Origin: a virus
Lineage: Duplodnaviria; Caudoviricetes
Reading direction: 5' to 3' (one strand)
DNA: 64,000 nt
IMG/VR virus record: IMGVR_UViG_3300030330_005834
Location: 32,001-96,000 of that record
Part shown: positions 40,501 to 48,300 of the stretch, one piece after another
How the letters are laid out: each line of letters starts with the position of its first letter
Position numbering within the stretch: the stretch's first letter is position 1
Program-made: the position numbers and the translations under genes
Notes under the pieces: generated by a model
Databases searched by the model: none
Told to the model about the DNA's origin: nothing
What the model saw: only the letters and a program-made list of their open reading frames with translations

Positions 40501-41071
40501 AACTGGAACACACCAAACAAAAGAGATGAATGATTATATTAATTTTGTTAATGAAACAAAGAGTCTGTTGATGATTGAGAATAGAACAATTAGCGTTAAC
40601 AAAACGGCATCAGAAAATGCCGGTCAAACTGAATTTACTGAACCAATGTTTTCGCTCATACTACCATTGTTTGATGAGAGAATAAAAATTAATAACCCCT
40701 CTGGAGATCAAGAAAAAGCATTTGATGGAGGATACAAACTATTAGATAACGGTCTTTTGGAGGTTAACTACAAAGCAAGCGAAATTAGAGTATTTACACA
40801 AACAAATTACGGAAAAAAAGTCGTAGCTAAAGTAATCGAAGGTTTGACCCTCAATCCCGCATATGAGGGAGTCCTTAGCTACAGCTTCCCAGTCCCAAGA
40901 ATGTGTAGTCTTACCATGCTACATAGTGTTTTAACAGCGTCTAGAAGTGAAGAGTTTAAAAAAGCTTTTAACCCAACAAAGTCTATTATTAGAACTTTAA
41001 TTTATTCAACTACAATGCTCAAGGGCAAAGATCAATACAAAAATGATTTTACAGACCCATTCAGCGGTTAA
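31565..41071 (+). CDS. Giant (3168 aa) virion-associated protein with a central SH3b-like domain
   Basis: Lies between the spike and gp25; SH3b pattern IYSAPGTGSPIIG.V.....V.VL....GEW.KV........GYI; Cys-containing helical C-half. Confidence 0.6.
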   Translation: MANNDFYFKVKPERSAHVKAISSIKLPLFEEDDGGIFRTYVANIGVPGTGYTAKTIAKEDDDGSVIEISDGSPWLQDTFVSFEEAQEVGMEAAIAEFIDKNSTNSPWNPTSDMSGFVTPEEAWAYRYGSDTETTLHYSRNNTSFQTIFCEWDRNKFTNFVIESLVGKALLQAIAYNYFGYPVSNVNRFIDLNPEGSAASSSPWLGRMPNFGTNADPLAPIPPENMDLGPAQDGMPGFTGVSVVGDFTIIGDSRGKVSEDIAGSDPYNSGIKFLQLYDVEFLRANTEDLFSRYVNMLGANRPMHKQWGFMGAVYNFHKYYTNSYVFEIRGFPGTKNPFGDKTPNLAKPTPVNPAGEGVSGTPFEENFEENKYKGYTSGECPDSNYYEMLNAQYSIMEGTDLEEPEVSSQKGYHNRAYNSPWQPLTPTRAKLWFPSMKTALTRNPLHTIMGCPSGFRTTDWYYNQLDLEALSGGSISAEELKEDSYTASFKTNNLVSMFKLVPAGTQPKDLQLYLDNPHLTINHITPKILSYLTQVVPKNPRYAGPKPVTEEPDARTERYEPLPFEKPWHPIEPPEGVHTEEQAEEYNKKVGDMSNWFDTQRVLSGSFFEFQAGRKWTNAPILARDPRRQIPNPDGKGGLIENTNYEKLSTPEVGKFIDVTAGKVGTNEKWIASVPKKNIEYATKFGLWNNDWIGGGPVKHWKDDGSYQSRTSEATGVTGGGTNAVSCGGFMLLPKNPRTIYSMIDSLPSYGTGKADIAMFLDSNASPLAITKMLSDLWVSYHFATKPNGMGWQGDFWKEHLGLFTFMPSPQWSKETFLTFRTNFQTQDKIKGLKDSGAGDKDTVKKLYGGVSEFTDNHYDDVKPLLYSNGPRLLGGEMIYGKAYNDYQLKYAGFPSFKISTYLEETLGVEGMAKHLLKHPWDQDESKFMLLTGKNPNNMNTVSTSGMAQIVENALTFDLSELNMFKNTNVPIFVNRYSLLEFPIWRWKRGGDQGFADLDDISWGKLIEDGNQTQYTQEVYDLWTPYIEENPLLVNQPRECIPKWVHSLSIYPTVKQDAIQYGLVPGNLPMSAQTVKFSAWDNSTEPYLEAAAQGNWSAFETEDGKPLGIDTGYSKTVYDNQIVFSKKSYVIGEEGEGFNQFGDTNPVAQYQKSWIEGKGGEFADYIDSQLRTYKTTDSISKACKPWMVLEYKTNCDITDANYRQMLDIPYVDLTYAVELEIDDAALVVDLVKMGIVGLAGSSAEYTALGINLDDLFLAAFSNGGSSLYSKSLSDAYLSFEQKILGGEFAGLEFDFGAFPNLDVTKNLSKEKALEIVAGLSRIFAPSGLNPDYLKRLEDNYAHIRNVPKVDAPISSFIWDKAMPEEVAIYSAPGTGSPIIGYVKNFSTVKVLKEWVNGGKKRSASIGTTTSGEWNKVQVIDPDAGEMDEVIGYIRPQILNAVIKDLFMHSGEPEFSSEAYFKQIYDKNTPGASMISGYSSAEIKPMSEMAKALIPTWWKMTEPYYHLGDGEYWITVELKGENCVVDDSDLEEKKKIAQKEGIKSLFDFYTKSYTDKDVDNLADAYLASRVDDYHLDLRPGSSIKFLVKVGAIYFNSFSDTELSLQQLRGKAENQLTLNEKYYTDHVTQALFSLNKMYLEIFASKYALKGVDLLQEMKRLEQVPVLVKKFLAINGVQLGTPDENTIEIGLNTEFKIVYIAYKKHDETEFKVLKIGVDHFRNLSPLNNTNTMSLFYHHRLLRNPMLKWQDMVKLYLVNPKPEIIEKDLNNMGGLPSAPCKPFTFVLPRWEDVLGPIAAQLDKALQLDPRFDLGSFQFSLLKYFPPCPKPPSGIGDAVLLGEFDVNGEKYTFEDVEALTAFGAIADGEKIQEYVGDWLASSGALEDIQSKIIDLDDLFEYVLDYIDPPTLYAKICKCFLDQIGIDTISVPNLELDANAGSVGANVKPNLGSSALSGENQAEIGYEVKGPTASVNTDPKDLEASDLICSFCMEIPSFFLRLPTTNLLDELLNALLAVLEFILAQLLLELIKALLDLLLQCPEITCPVGEKKVKDYGGQNLGDIFTAPDLPPVDEYFSECGILIDGNSVTGDDVIEMMTNISSRLSSGEVLGLLGGGITDTILTVADEEISKYPEIKIQLNNRSRIEDFFTCAGLGLPKQTLADIEDDITDTYENPELCTNLLADAKAQLSERCGVNDLLDSSAKRALEFDIDKYKALADAIRNNQDLSTQLPPMFGDCLGNQGVLSGLPNPTMDHAINKTVEQITIPIKNALNNDLKRLRQTVLVSRNPVTESMLNESLPGALLKLLTGPNKTFQDKLFPAGWMAGGYLYTPAGVTPYFPAVNLAFPSRGVQIPKKNPKTGEDELGIDEVLQDLEQNITIKKGSEDSPSSVVTVKVDEESEVMLEMVPPEEDEDGNLQYEYNMITKIKTQDMFGIPSDSKQTIDLTRLDKNTKLIPMVLKEHLEQYPLKKGSLLPPQAQYFSQLIISNIQSGDFQLSEENAEAFESIFANDIYWSVWSSVMDTLAESMANAELVQDYAIDKEDDILDSFDPLMLIPGLNLIFASLAAAEELAGGSFDDSFIAGLYRGTFLRKQMTRLKLESDAKADGYGSQLIDFEAVTKLVQDNYDFSKYHDPNSDQLGMPHYAILNGLINCLIQVFTGEMYIRSIVPLSKLPTDILLQDDSMAELIYREMVRFIDNSPGNFRTTIKEVIRELFKSCNSAGIPFSSDNVDDPEGGLPGVAKSQTAFGETNKRIENWEDGLKYLIEQNLSKPIPYLENKFSQFTLKGSGLGIGKINPVQAVSYPLMLQVYDEAFVDGIENVSIGSASRLQLFKNGKFFFQYYFDIVDWEPGDENYVEALVNRDAKFKGILSEDNFVELISMMSGIPSLYPPNTAQVQPLIAVDGNDPTKVEVENTGPSVAEMFKEINFGVRWCYGAVTTKAKDENDEPILKNQIKPVKDMFDNLLKILDLDGDNALKLISSAATQTGTHQTKEMNDYINFVNETKSLLMIENRTISVNKTASENAGQTEFTEPMFSLILPLFDERIKINNPSGDQEKAFDGGYKLLDNGLLEVNYKASEIRVFTQTNYGKKVVAKVIEGLTLNPAYEGVLSYSFPVPRMCSLTMLHSVLTASRSEEFKKAFNPTKSIIRTLIYSTTMLKGKDQYKNDFTDPFSG

Positions 41072-41088
41072 AAAATATATAAAGTTGG

Positions 41089-41095
41089 CTATTTA
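41089..41095 (+). promoter_or_regulatory. CTAnTTA putative late promoter (CTATTTA)
   Basis: Intergenic, upstream of the GAGG RBS of gp25. Confidence 0.6.
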
Positions 41096-41117
41096 TTAAG
41101 AAAGCGAGGATATTTTT

Positions 41118-41519
41118 ATGTCTTTTTATGGACCATATCTACCACTAAGCAAAGATTCTGCTAATGGATACAAGATGCTTGACGATCTGCGTGATGTCGT
41201 TAGGCAGAATTTTAAAATGTTAATTTTAACAAACCCCGGCGAAAGAATTATGATACCCGACTTTGGAGTTGGAATATATAAATTTTTGTTTGAACCATAT
41301 GGACCAAGTTTAAATAATAAAATATCCCAAAGAATAAAATCACAAGCCAATAAGTATCTTCCTTATTTAAATATAAAAAACATCCAATTTGGACCAGAGC
41401 CTCAAGGACCGGGATCGGCAGTGCCTGAGCCCAATAGTTTGAGAATTGTAATACATTATGTTATAAGTCCTCTAAACTTCACAGATGTCCTTGAAATAAA
41501 TGTTGATCAACAAATTTAA
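41118..41519 (+). CDS. Baseplate wedge subunit, gp25/GPW family
   Basis: QNFKMLILTNPGERIMIPDFGVGI..FLFEP...I......YLPY..I. Confidence 0.92.
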   Translation: MSFYGPYLPLSKDSANGYKMLDDLRDVVRQNFKMLILTNPGERIMIPDFGVGIYKFLFEPYGPSLNNKISQRIKSQANKYLPYLNIKNIQFGPEPQGPGSAVPEPNSLRIVIHYVISPLNFTDVLEINVDQQI

Positions 41520-41535
41520 ATTTAAATAAAAGGAA

Positions 41536-41542
41536 CTAATTA
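41536..41542 (+). promoter_or_regulatory. CTAnTTA putative late promoter (CTAATTA)
   Basis: Intergenic, upstream of gp6. Confidence 0.55.
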
Positions 41543-41568
41543 CCTAAAAGCAAAAGGAAATTTATCCA

Positions 41569-43374
41569 ATGGCAGGAAAAAAAGTTAAATTACCCCCGAT
41601 AAATTATACTAGCAGAGATTTTACCTCGATCAAGAATGATCTTGAAAATTACGCTAAAAGATACTACCCAGATACATACCAAGATTTCAGCGAAGCTTCG
41701 TTCGGGTCCCTGATGCTTGATATGACTGCTTATGTCGGAGATGTTTTATCTTTTTATCTAGATTACCAAGTAAACGAATCATTCTTGGAAACAGCTTTAG
41801 AATATGGAAATGTTGATAGAATTGCAAGACAAATGGGCTATAAGCAAGGGGGTGCTTCACATTCAAGCGGAATAGTGACCTTATATATGATGCTGCCAGC
41901 ATCCTCAACGAGCATCGGTCCAGACATGAGGTATGCCCCAGTCCTAAAGAACGGAACAAAATTTGTAGCTAATACTGGAGCAATTTTTACTCTAACGGAA
42001 GATGTAGATTTTTCAGAGACAAAGAATGAAATTATTGTTGCTGCAACAAACTCAACAACAGGTCTGCCAACAAAATATGCTATTAGATCACACGGCAGGG
42101 TTGTATCTGGTGAGTTAAAGGTACAATATTTATCTGTAGGAGAATATCAAAGATTTCCTAAATTCTTCTTAGATGACAGAAATATAACAGAAATCATCTC
42201 TGTAACAGATACTTCTGGAAATAAATATTTTGAAGTAGACAATTTAACACAAGATACAGTTTATGTGCCGGTTACCAATAGGTTATCCGATAAAAATTTA
42301 GTACCATTTATCATGAAGCCAAGAGCGGTACCAAGAAGATACATTGTGGAACATAGGGGATCTGAGACCTCCATACAATTTGGGTACGGCTCCGTTGCAA
42401 ACGCAACATCTGATGTAGTAACAGACCCAGCAAACGTTATCATGGATACGCACGGAAGAAATTACGTTACGGATCGCTCTTTCGACCCGACTAATCTAAT
42501 AGAAACGGACAAGCTTGGGATAGCACCATCTAATACCACCTTGACCGTCATATACAGAGCAAACGGTACAAATAAGATCAACATAAGCGCCAATTCTCTA
42601 ACTTCGATGGCGGATGTTAATATCAAGTTCAAAAATTCAGCTCTTTTGTCTGAAGGGGAAATGAGAGAAGTGGTAGCTAGCTTGGAATTTGAAAACGACG
42701 AGCCAATTGTCGGGGACACCTCTACTATTTCAGCAGAAGAAATTAAGCAAAGGGCTTATGGGGTATACGCAGCCCAGAACCGAGCAGTTACTAAGGAGGA
42801 CTATATAGCTCTAGCCTATAACATGCCGGGAAAATTTGGATCAGTAAAAAGAATGAACATCGTACAAGATAAAAATTCATTCAAAAGAAATCTAAATTTG
42901 TATATTGTTTCAGAAAACCCCGATGGAAATCTAATCCCCAGCCCTTCAACATTAAAAAATAATTTAAAAACTTGGATTTCAAACTATAAAATGATTAATG
43001 ATTCTATAGATATTTTAGATGGAAAAATAATAAATTTTTCAATAACCTATGAAATAATGGTAGATAGAGAAGAAAACAGATTTAGTGCAATCTCTAAAGC
43101 AAACGCAGCTTTAGCCAACAGGTTCTCTAGAAATAAATTTGAATTTGGTGAACCGATTAACTATTCCGATGTATTTCAGGTCTTGAAAAATATAGACAGC
43201 ATTTTAGATGTTGGCGAGGTTACCATAAAACAGCAAACCGGCGCACTTTATTCGGATGTTAGTTTTAACTTTGATAACTTTCTTGCTGCTAATGGAAGAA
43301 TGGTAATCCCTCCAGAGGATTTTATATTTGAACTTAGATTTCCCTCTAGGGATATAGTTGGGAGTGTTATTTAA
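41569..43374 (+). CDS. Baseplate wedge subunit, T4 gp6/BpJ-like
   Basis: DFTSIK..L......DF...S....L.DM.AY....SFY.....NESFL.TA, A..MGY, IQFG.G, AQNRAVT.EDY. Confidence 0.92.
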   Translation: MAGKKVKLPPINYTSRDFTSIKNDLENYAKRYYPDTYQDFSEASFGSLMLDMTAYVGDVLSFYLDYQVNESFLETALEYGNVDRIARQMGYKQGGASHSSGIVTLYMMLPASSTSIGPDMRYAPVLKNGTKFVANTGAIFTLTEDVDFSETKNEIIVAATNSTTGLPTKYAIRSHGRVVSGELKVQYLSVGEYQRFPKFFLDDRNITEIISVTDTSGNKYFEVDNLTQDTVYVPVTNRLSDKNLVPFIMKPRAVPRRYIVEHRGSETSIQFGYGSVANATSDVVTDPANVIMDTHGRNYVTDRSFDPTNLIETDKLGIAPSNTTLTVIYRANGTNKINISANSLTSMADVNIKFKNSALLSEGEMREVVASLEFENDEPIVGDTSTISAEEIKQRAYGVYAAQNRAVTKEDYIALAYNMPGKFGSVKRMNIVQDKNSFKRNLNLYIVSENPDGNLIPSPSTLKNNLKTWISNYKMINDSIDILDGKIINFSITYEIMVDREENRFSAISKANAALANRFSRNKFEFGEPINYSDVFQVLKNIDSILDVGEVTIKQQTGALYSDVSFNFDNFLAANGRMVIPPEDFIFELRFPSRDIVGSVI

Positions 43375-45323
43375 TGGCTATTAAGAGATATATCGCCACG
43401 TCAGACAACACAATTTCTAATGCCTTTAAAGAAGATTTACAAACTAGGGGCACTGGATCTAACATGGGAGCAGCAGATGTCTTAGAAGCTTTCTATATTG
43501 TTGGGCAAACCTCCGCCTCTTCTGGCTTGTCTTCTGAAAAATCAAGAATTCTTGTTCAATTTGACATAGACAAGCTCAATGAAGATAGGACCAACGGCTT
43601 AATTCCAGCCAGCGGAAACGTTGCTTGGTATCTTAATTTATATAACGCCCCCCATGCTTATACGTTGCCAAAAGATTTTAAAATGGTAGTTAAGGTATGT
43701 TCCGGATCTTGGCAAGAGGGCTATGGTCTTGATATGGAAAATTATTCGGACCAAACCTATGAGGGAACGGGCTCAAACTGGTCTCGAAAAGGTGCTACGG
43801 GAGATGGGTATACAACATGGCTCACCGAAGGCGGCGATTTTGCCGAGAGCGCGTTATCTCCAGTTTACACCACATCCTTTGTAGATGGCACTGAAGATTT
43901 ATCTGTTGACATTAGTAATATTGTTGAGGATTGGATGGCTGGAGGAGTTAAAGCATCTGCAGAAGTACAGGTCCACAGTTCAGCAACCTCTACAAACCTA
44001 GATGATAAGAAATTTACCCTTGTAGATTCTCAAGGCACTACCGTTATTTTTAAATTTGATAAAGATGTGACAACGGAAGGTTTGGGCGGAATCGGAAAAC
44101 ACAAAATAATAGGATTGGATGGACTAGGGTCTGTCGCGGCTATAGCAAGCAAAATAATATCATCAGTTAATAACGTGCCTGAACTTAGGATAACTGCCAC
44201 CACCAACGATACTGGAACGGATTATTTCACCCTTACTCAAGACGATTTGGGATTAGCTGGAAATACTATCGGGGGTCCCGGCAACCTTGTAATAACCGGC
44301 TCAATTGGAACAAACGGTCTTGTTAGTTCAAATAAATTTGTAAATGGCACAGGAATACCAAACTATGGATTAGGTGCGTACTTATCCTCCAGTTATGAAA
44401 CCGGATCTAACTCATACTACACAAAGAAATTTTTCTCAAGAACTAGCGAATATTTCTTAAAGAGACCAAATCTAGAAGCGAGGTGGGACTCCTCCAAAAA
44501 GGACAACACAGCTAATTTTGTTCAAAGCAGCTCTTTAGCTACTGGAGAAGACAACCTTAATACAATATACTTGTACAACTATGTCCGAGGTCAATTAAAA
44601 AACATACCAGCCAACTCTGTTCATGCGAATACGAGCACAATACATGTTAGTTTATATTCCAACTCTGCCGGAAATATATATGACAAGCTAACCCTACCAG
44701 TAGGGGGAGATGTTGTGGCAACAAATAACACAAATGTTACGGGAGGGATATACATTGGTCCACAGGGAGCAGTGACGGGTATTTATACCGCCTCTTTGGC
44801 AATGTCTCACTCTCTTGAGAATGTTTATGCGGCTTGGCACTTCAATGATGTTGTTGCTTATCACACAAGCTCAAAGGTATCAGTCTCTACGCTCGATTCA
44901 CCCGGCTATAACCCAGATCCAGATTATGTTACAACGATTGACAATCTAAAGCCAAAATATTCTCGCGAGGAAGAGGCAAGGTTTAGGTTGTTTGTCAGAT
45001 CTAAAAATTGGAATCCGAATAATTATACAGTAATGCAGTCCGTTTTACCTAGCGATGTTGTAGAGGACGCATATTTTAGTTTATATAGAACTGTTGATGA
45101 TTATGAAGTAATTCCTTTTGGAACAGGCTCTGCCACTTCCCCCCAAGCAGATGGCACAGCGGGCTCTTATACAAGATTATCTTACGATATTTCTGGCAAT
45201 TATTTTGATTTAGATATGAGCATGCTACAGGCGGGATATGAATACGCATTTAAATTTGCTTATTACTCAAATGGTTCTTATAGGGAACAGAAAGAAGTTT
45301 TTAAATTTAAGGTAGAGGAATAA
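43374..45323 (+). CDS. Virion structural protein (DNRLRE-like N-terminal domain)
   Basis: DNTI...N.G....LE, SRILVQFD, W.EG.G, P.LE.RWD; Ser/Thr/Gly-rich; TAATG-coupled to gp6. Confidence 0.55.
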   Translation: MAIKRYIATSDNTISNAFKEDLQTRGTGSNMGAADVLEAFYIVGQTSASSGLSSEKSRILVQFDIDKLNEDRTNGLIPASGNVAWYLNLYNAPHAYTLPKDFKMVVKVCSGSWQEGYGLDMENYSDQTYEGTGSNWSRKGATGDGYTTWLTEGGDFAESALSPVYTTSFVDGTEDLSVDISNIVEDWMAGGVKASAEVQVHSSATSTNLDDKKFTLVDSQGTTVIFKFDKDVTTEGLGGIGKHKIIGLDGLGSVAAIASKIISSVNNVPELRITATTNDTGTDYFTLTQDDLGLAGNTIGGPGNLVITGSIGTNGLVSSNKFVNGTGIPNYGLGAYLSSSYETGSNSYYTKKFFSRTSEYFLKRPNLEARWDSSKKDNTANFVQSSSLATGEDNLNTIYLYNYVRGQLKNIPANSVHANTSTIHVSLYSNSAGNIYDKLTLPVGGDVVATNNTNVTGGIYIGPQGAVTGIYTASLAMSHSLENVYAAWHFNDVVAYHTSSKVSVSTLDSPGYNPDPDYVTTIDNLKPKYSREEEARFRLFVRSKNWNPNNYTVMQSVLPSDVVEDAYFSLYRTVDDYEVIPFGTGSATSPQADGTAGSYTRLSYDISGNYFDLDMSMLQAGYEYAFKFAYYSNGSYREQKEVFKFKVEE

Positions 45324-48300
45324 TGGTAAAGGGATTTAAGGGACCAAAAGTAACAAAAGCATCAAGCCTTTTTAAGAAGTACAAAGCTTCTGTATATAAC
45401 GCACCAAAAAGCTTAGTATCCTCTAGTTTTAACAAAATTTCTAGAGAGATAGAGTCTCCTGCTTACGCAGAAGCTTTTTTAAAAGATCGCTCCCGATATA
45501 AGCCAAATGTTGATTTCACAAACCCTGCTAATTTTGCAAGATTTGGATCCGCTGAAGAATATTATAAAAAATCAATAGAAAACATATATAAAACCTATCC
45601 TTATGATGGGTCTCTAAAAGAAAAATATGAATGGCATAATTCTTCTTCATATTTTGATAACTATTTTTTTGAGTATGAGTATCCTAGAACTAATGGGTTT
45701 ATATCCATCGGACAAACTTATGTTGCCGCAGGCACTGCTGCAGACGATGGTGTTGATAAGATTGTGGAGCCAACAAATCCGCAATATATTTCAATAAAGG
45801 GTGGTCCTCATGGACCCCAAGCCCCTGCTTACGACGCTAATTTTAGTAAACAATTAGATTACACTGATTCAGATTTCAAAGCTAATATTTACAACCCAAC
45901 AAGCAGCCAAACACAAAACTTATCCATAGATGCTCCGAATGGTAACACTGTTGAATTTTGGATGAAGCTACCCCTAGAGCCTTCAAAAAGTCAAACTTCT
46001 CCATCTCATGCTTATTTTGATTTGTGGAATGGAAGCACAGGCAAAACTTCCACTGGTACATACGGTCGTTTTTTGGTGGAGACAAGACTTAATAGGACTT
46101 TAAACGGATCCTATATAGAGGATTCAATATTCCATTTGACATATATGTCGGGTACCTCTGGTGTTGAAAGAGCAAAGATTGGTCCAACAACTTTGTCTGG
46201 AGCCTATAATATTGATTTGTCCGACTGGAATCACTATGCTTTTGTGGCTCAAAATCACCCCACTGGCTCACATCACCTTGAGTTGAAGCTCTATATCAAT
46301 GGTAACCTAATAGATACAGTCCACACTGGATCACAGTTTAGTGCTGTAACTCAGGGACCATTTAACGCAAATATCGGTGCGTACAGATACAACCCAGCAT
46401 CAAACTTAACGGTCACAAACGGAGAAGGGAGCTTGTCTGGGTCTTCATTCGATGAGTTCAGATTTTGGAAATTTGCTAGAACAGAAAAAGAAATAAACAA
46501 AAATTGGTTTACTCAAGTCGCGGGTGGATCTAACACGGATTATGGATCTGTGGATTCTAAATTTAGCGGGTCCTCCTTTCCTGTTGACTTGGGAGTTTAC
46601 TTCAAATTCAATGAAGGTATCACAGGGTATGGTTCGCAAGACAGTGTTGTGCTAGACTATTCAGGTCGTGTGTCTAACGGAACATATAACAATTACCCTG
46701 CTGCATCGGCAGAGGCTGTAAGGTTCACAGATTCAGCGATTGTGAGCGCCAGCGCAGCAGATAGAGAATTTAAAGATCCAATCATTTACAACAACCACCC
46801 AACAGTTGTATCTTTAACCAGCGACAAGACAGCCCAAGGTCTAGAATACGATACAAGAAACTCGATGTCCATCTACAGCATGATGCCCCAGTGGATTTTG
46901 GACGAAGATTCTCAAAAAAGCACTTTTCAAATAAAAAAGTTATCACAGATTATTGCAAGTTATTTTGATGAACTGTATATTCAGACACAGCAACTGAAAG
47001 ATTTAAAAAACGAGACATACATAAGCGGCAGCGTATCAGGTAGTGTGTACAAGCCTATCCCATTTGCCAATAGGTTATTAGAAAACAGAGGGTTTGTAGC
47101 ACCAGAATTGTTTTCCACCGCAGATGTGCTGCCATTTTTAGCAAATAGAGATGATGTAAGAGAATACAAAACAGAATTAGTAAATGTAAAGAATCAAATA
47201 TATACAAATATTTATAATAATTTAAATTTCATATTAAAATCTAAAGGTACAGAGAAGTCATTAAGAAACTTAATAAGATGTTTTGGGGTTGATGACGATA
47301 TTTATGCTCTTTCTTTTTACGCTAATAATGCGGAAATAACATTAAATCAATCAATAACGCCCAAGATTATAACTAAGAATTTCGCAAATTTCGCGACCGC
47401 TAGTAATTTTAATGCCCTCGTATATCAGAGTACAGCCTCCTCGAATACTAATTCCGCAATGTATATTACAGGCAGTTCAAAGTCTTCAGGCTTTGATGCT
47501 AGTATTGGTTTTACTGTGGAGACAGATGTAATATTTCCAGCCAAATTAGATATAGAAAACCCGAGAGCGGCAGAAAGAGATTACACTGCGTTATCCTCTT
47601 CTCTATTTGGTATGCATGCCGCAGAGCCTGCCCCTTCAGACGAGGGGGATACTAGTTGGGCAGCAGAGAATTATGGAAACTTTCAGGTTTATGCTGTTAG
47701 AGAACGAAATTCCCAACTTGGCATAGGACAGGCATACTCAGCAGACGAAATAAAATTTGTTCTAACTGGTACGAATGTAAATGCCACAACAGAGGCTTGT
47801 ATACCATTTTTGACATCCAGCACTTTTGAGGATGTTTATGATGATGAAAAATGGCACTTTGCCGTTAAGGTGGTGCCTACATCGTATCCTAACCTTGGCA
47901 TTGTTTCGGGAACTTCCGGCTATACAGTTGAGTTCCATGGATACAACACTCAAGCAGATATTGTTGCGAACAGCTTTGTTTTGACGGGCAGCGTAACGTC
48001 TGGAGATCTGGTTCTTGCTAGTAAGAAGAGATTATACATCGGCGCTCACAGAACAAACTATACGGGGTCCTTAATATGTGGCTCAGATACAAAAATATCA
48101 TCATGCAGATATTGGGCACTGCCGTTGGAGAAAGACGAGATTGTTTCACATGCTATTGACGCATCAAATCACGGCTTGTTTGATTCAATGGAAAGCGCAT
48201 ACCTTTTCCAAAATTTCAAGGTTAACGTTCCAAAAATAAGGACCCTAGCATTAAATTGGGACTTCGCAACGGTAACTGGCACTGACGCTGATGGAGAATT

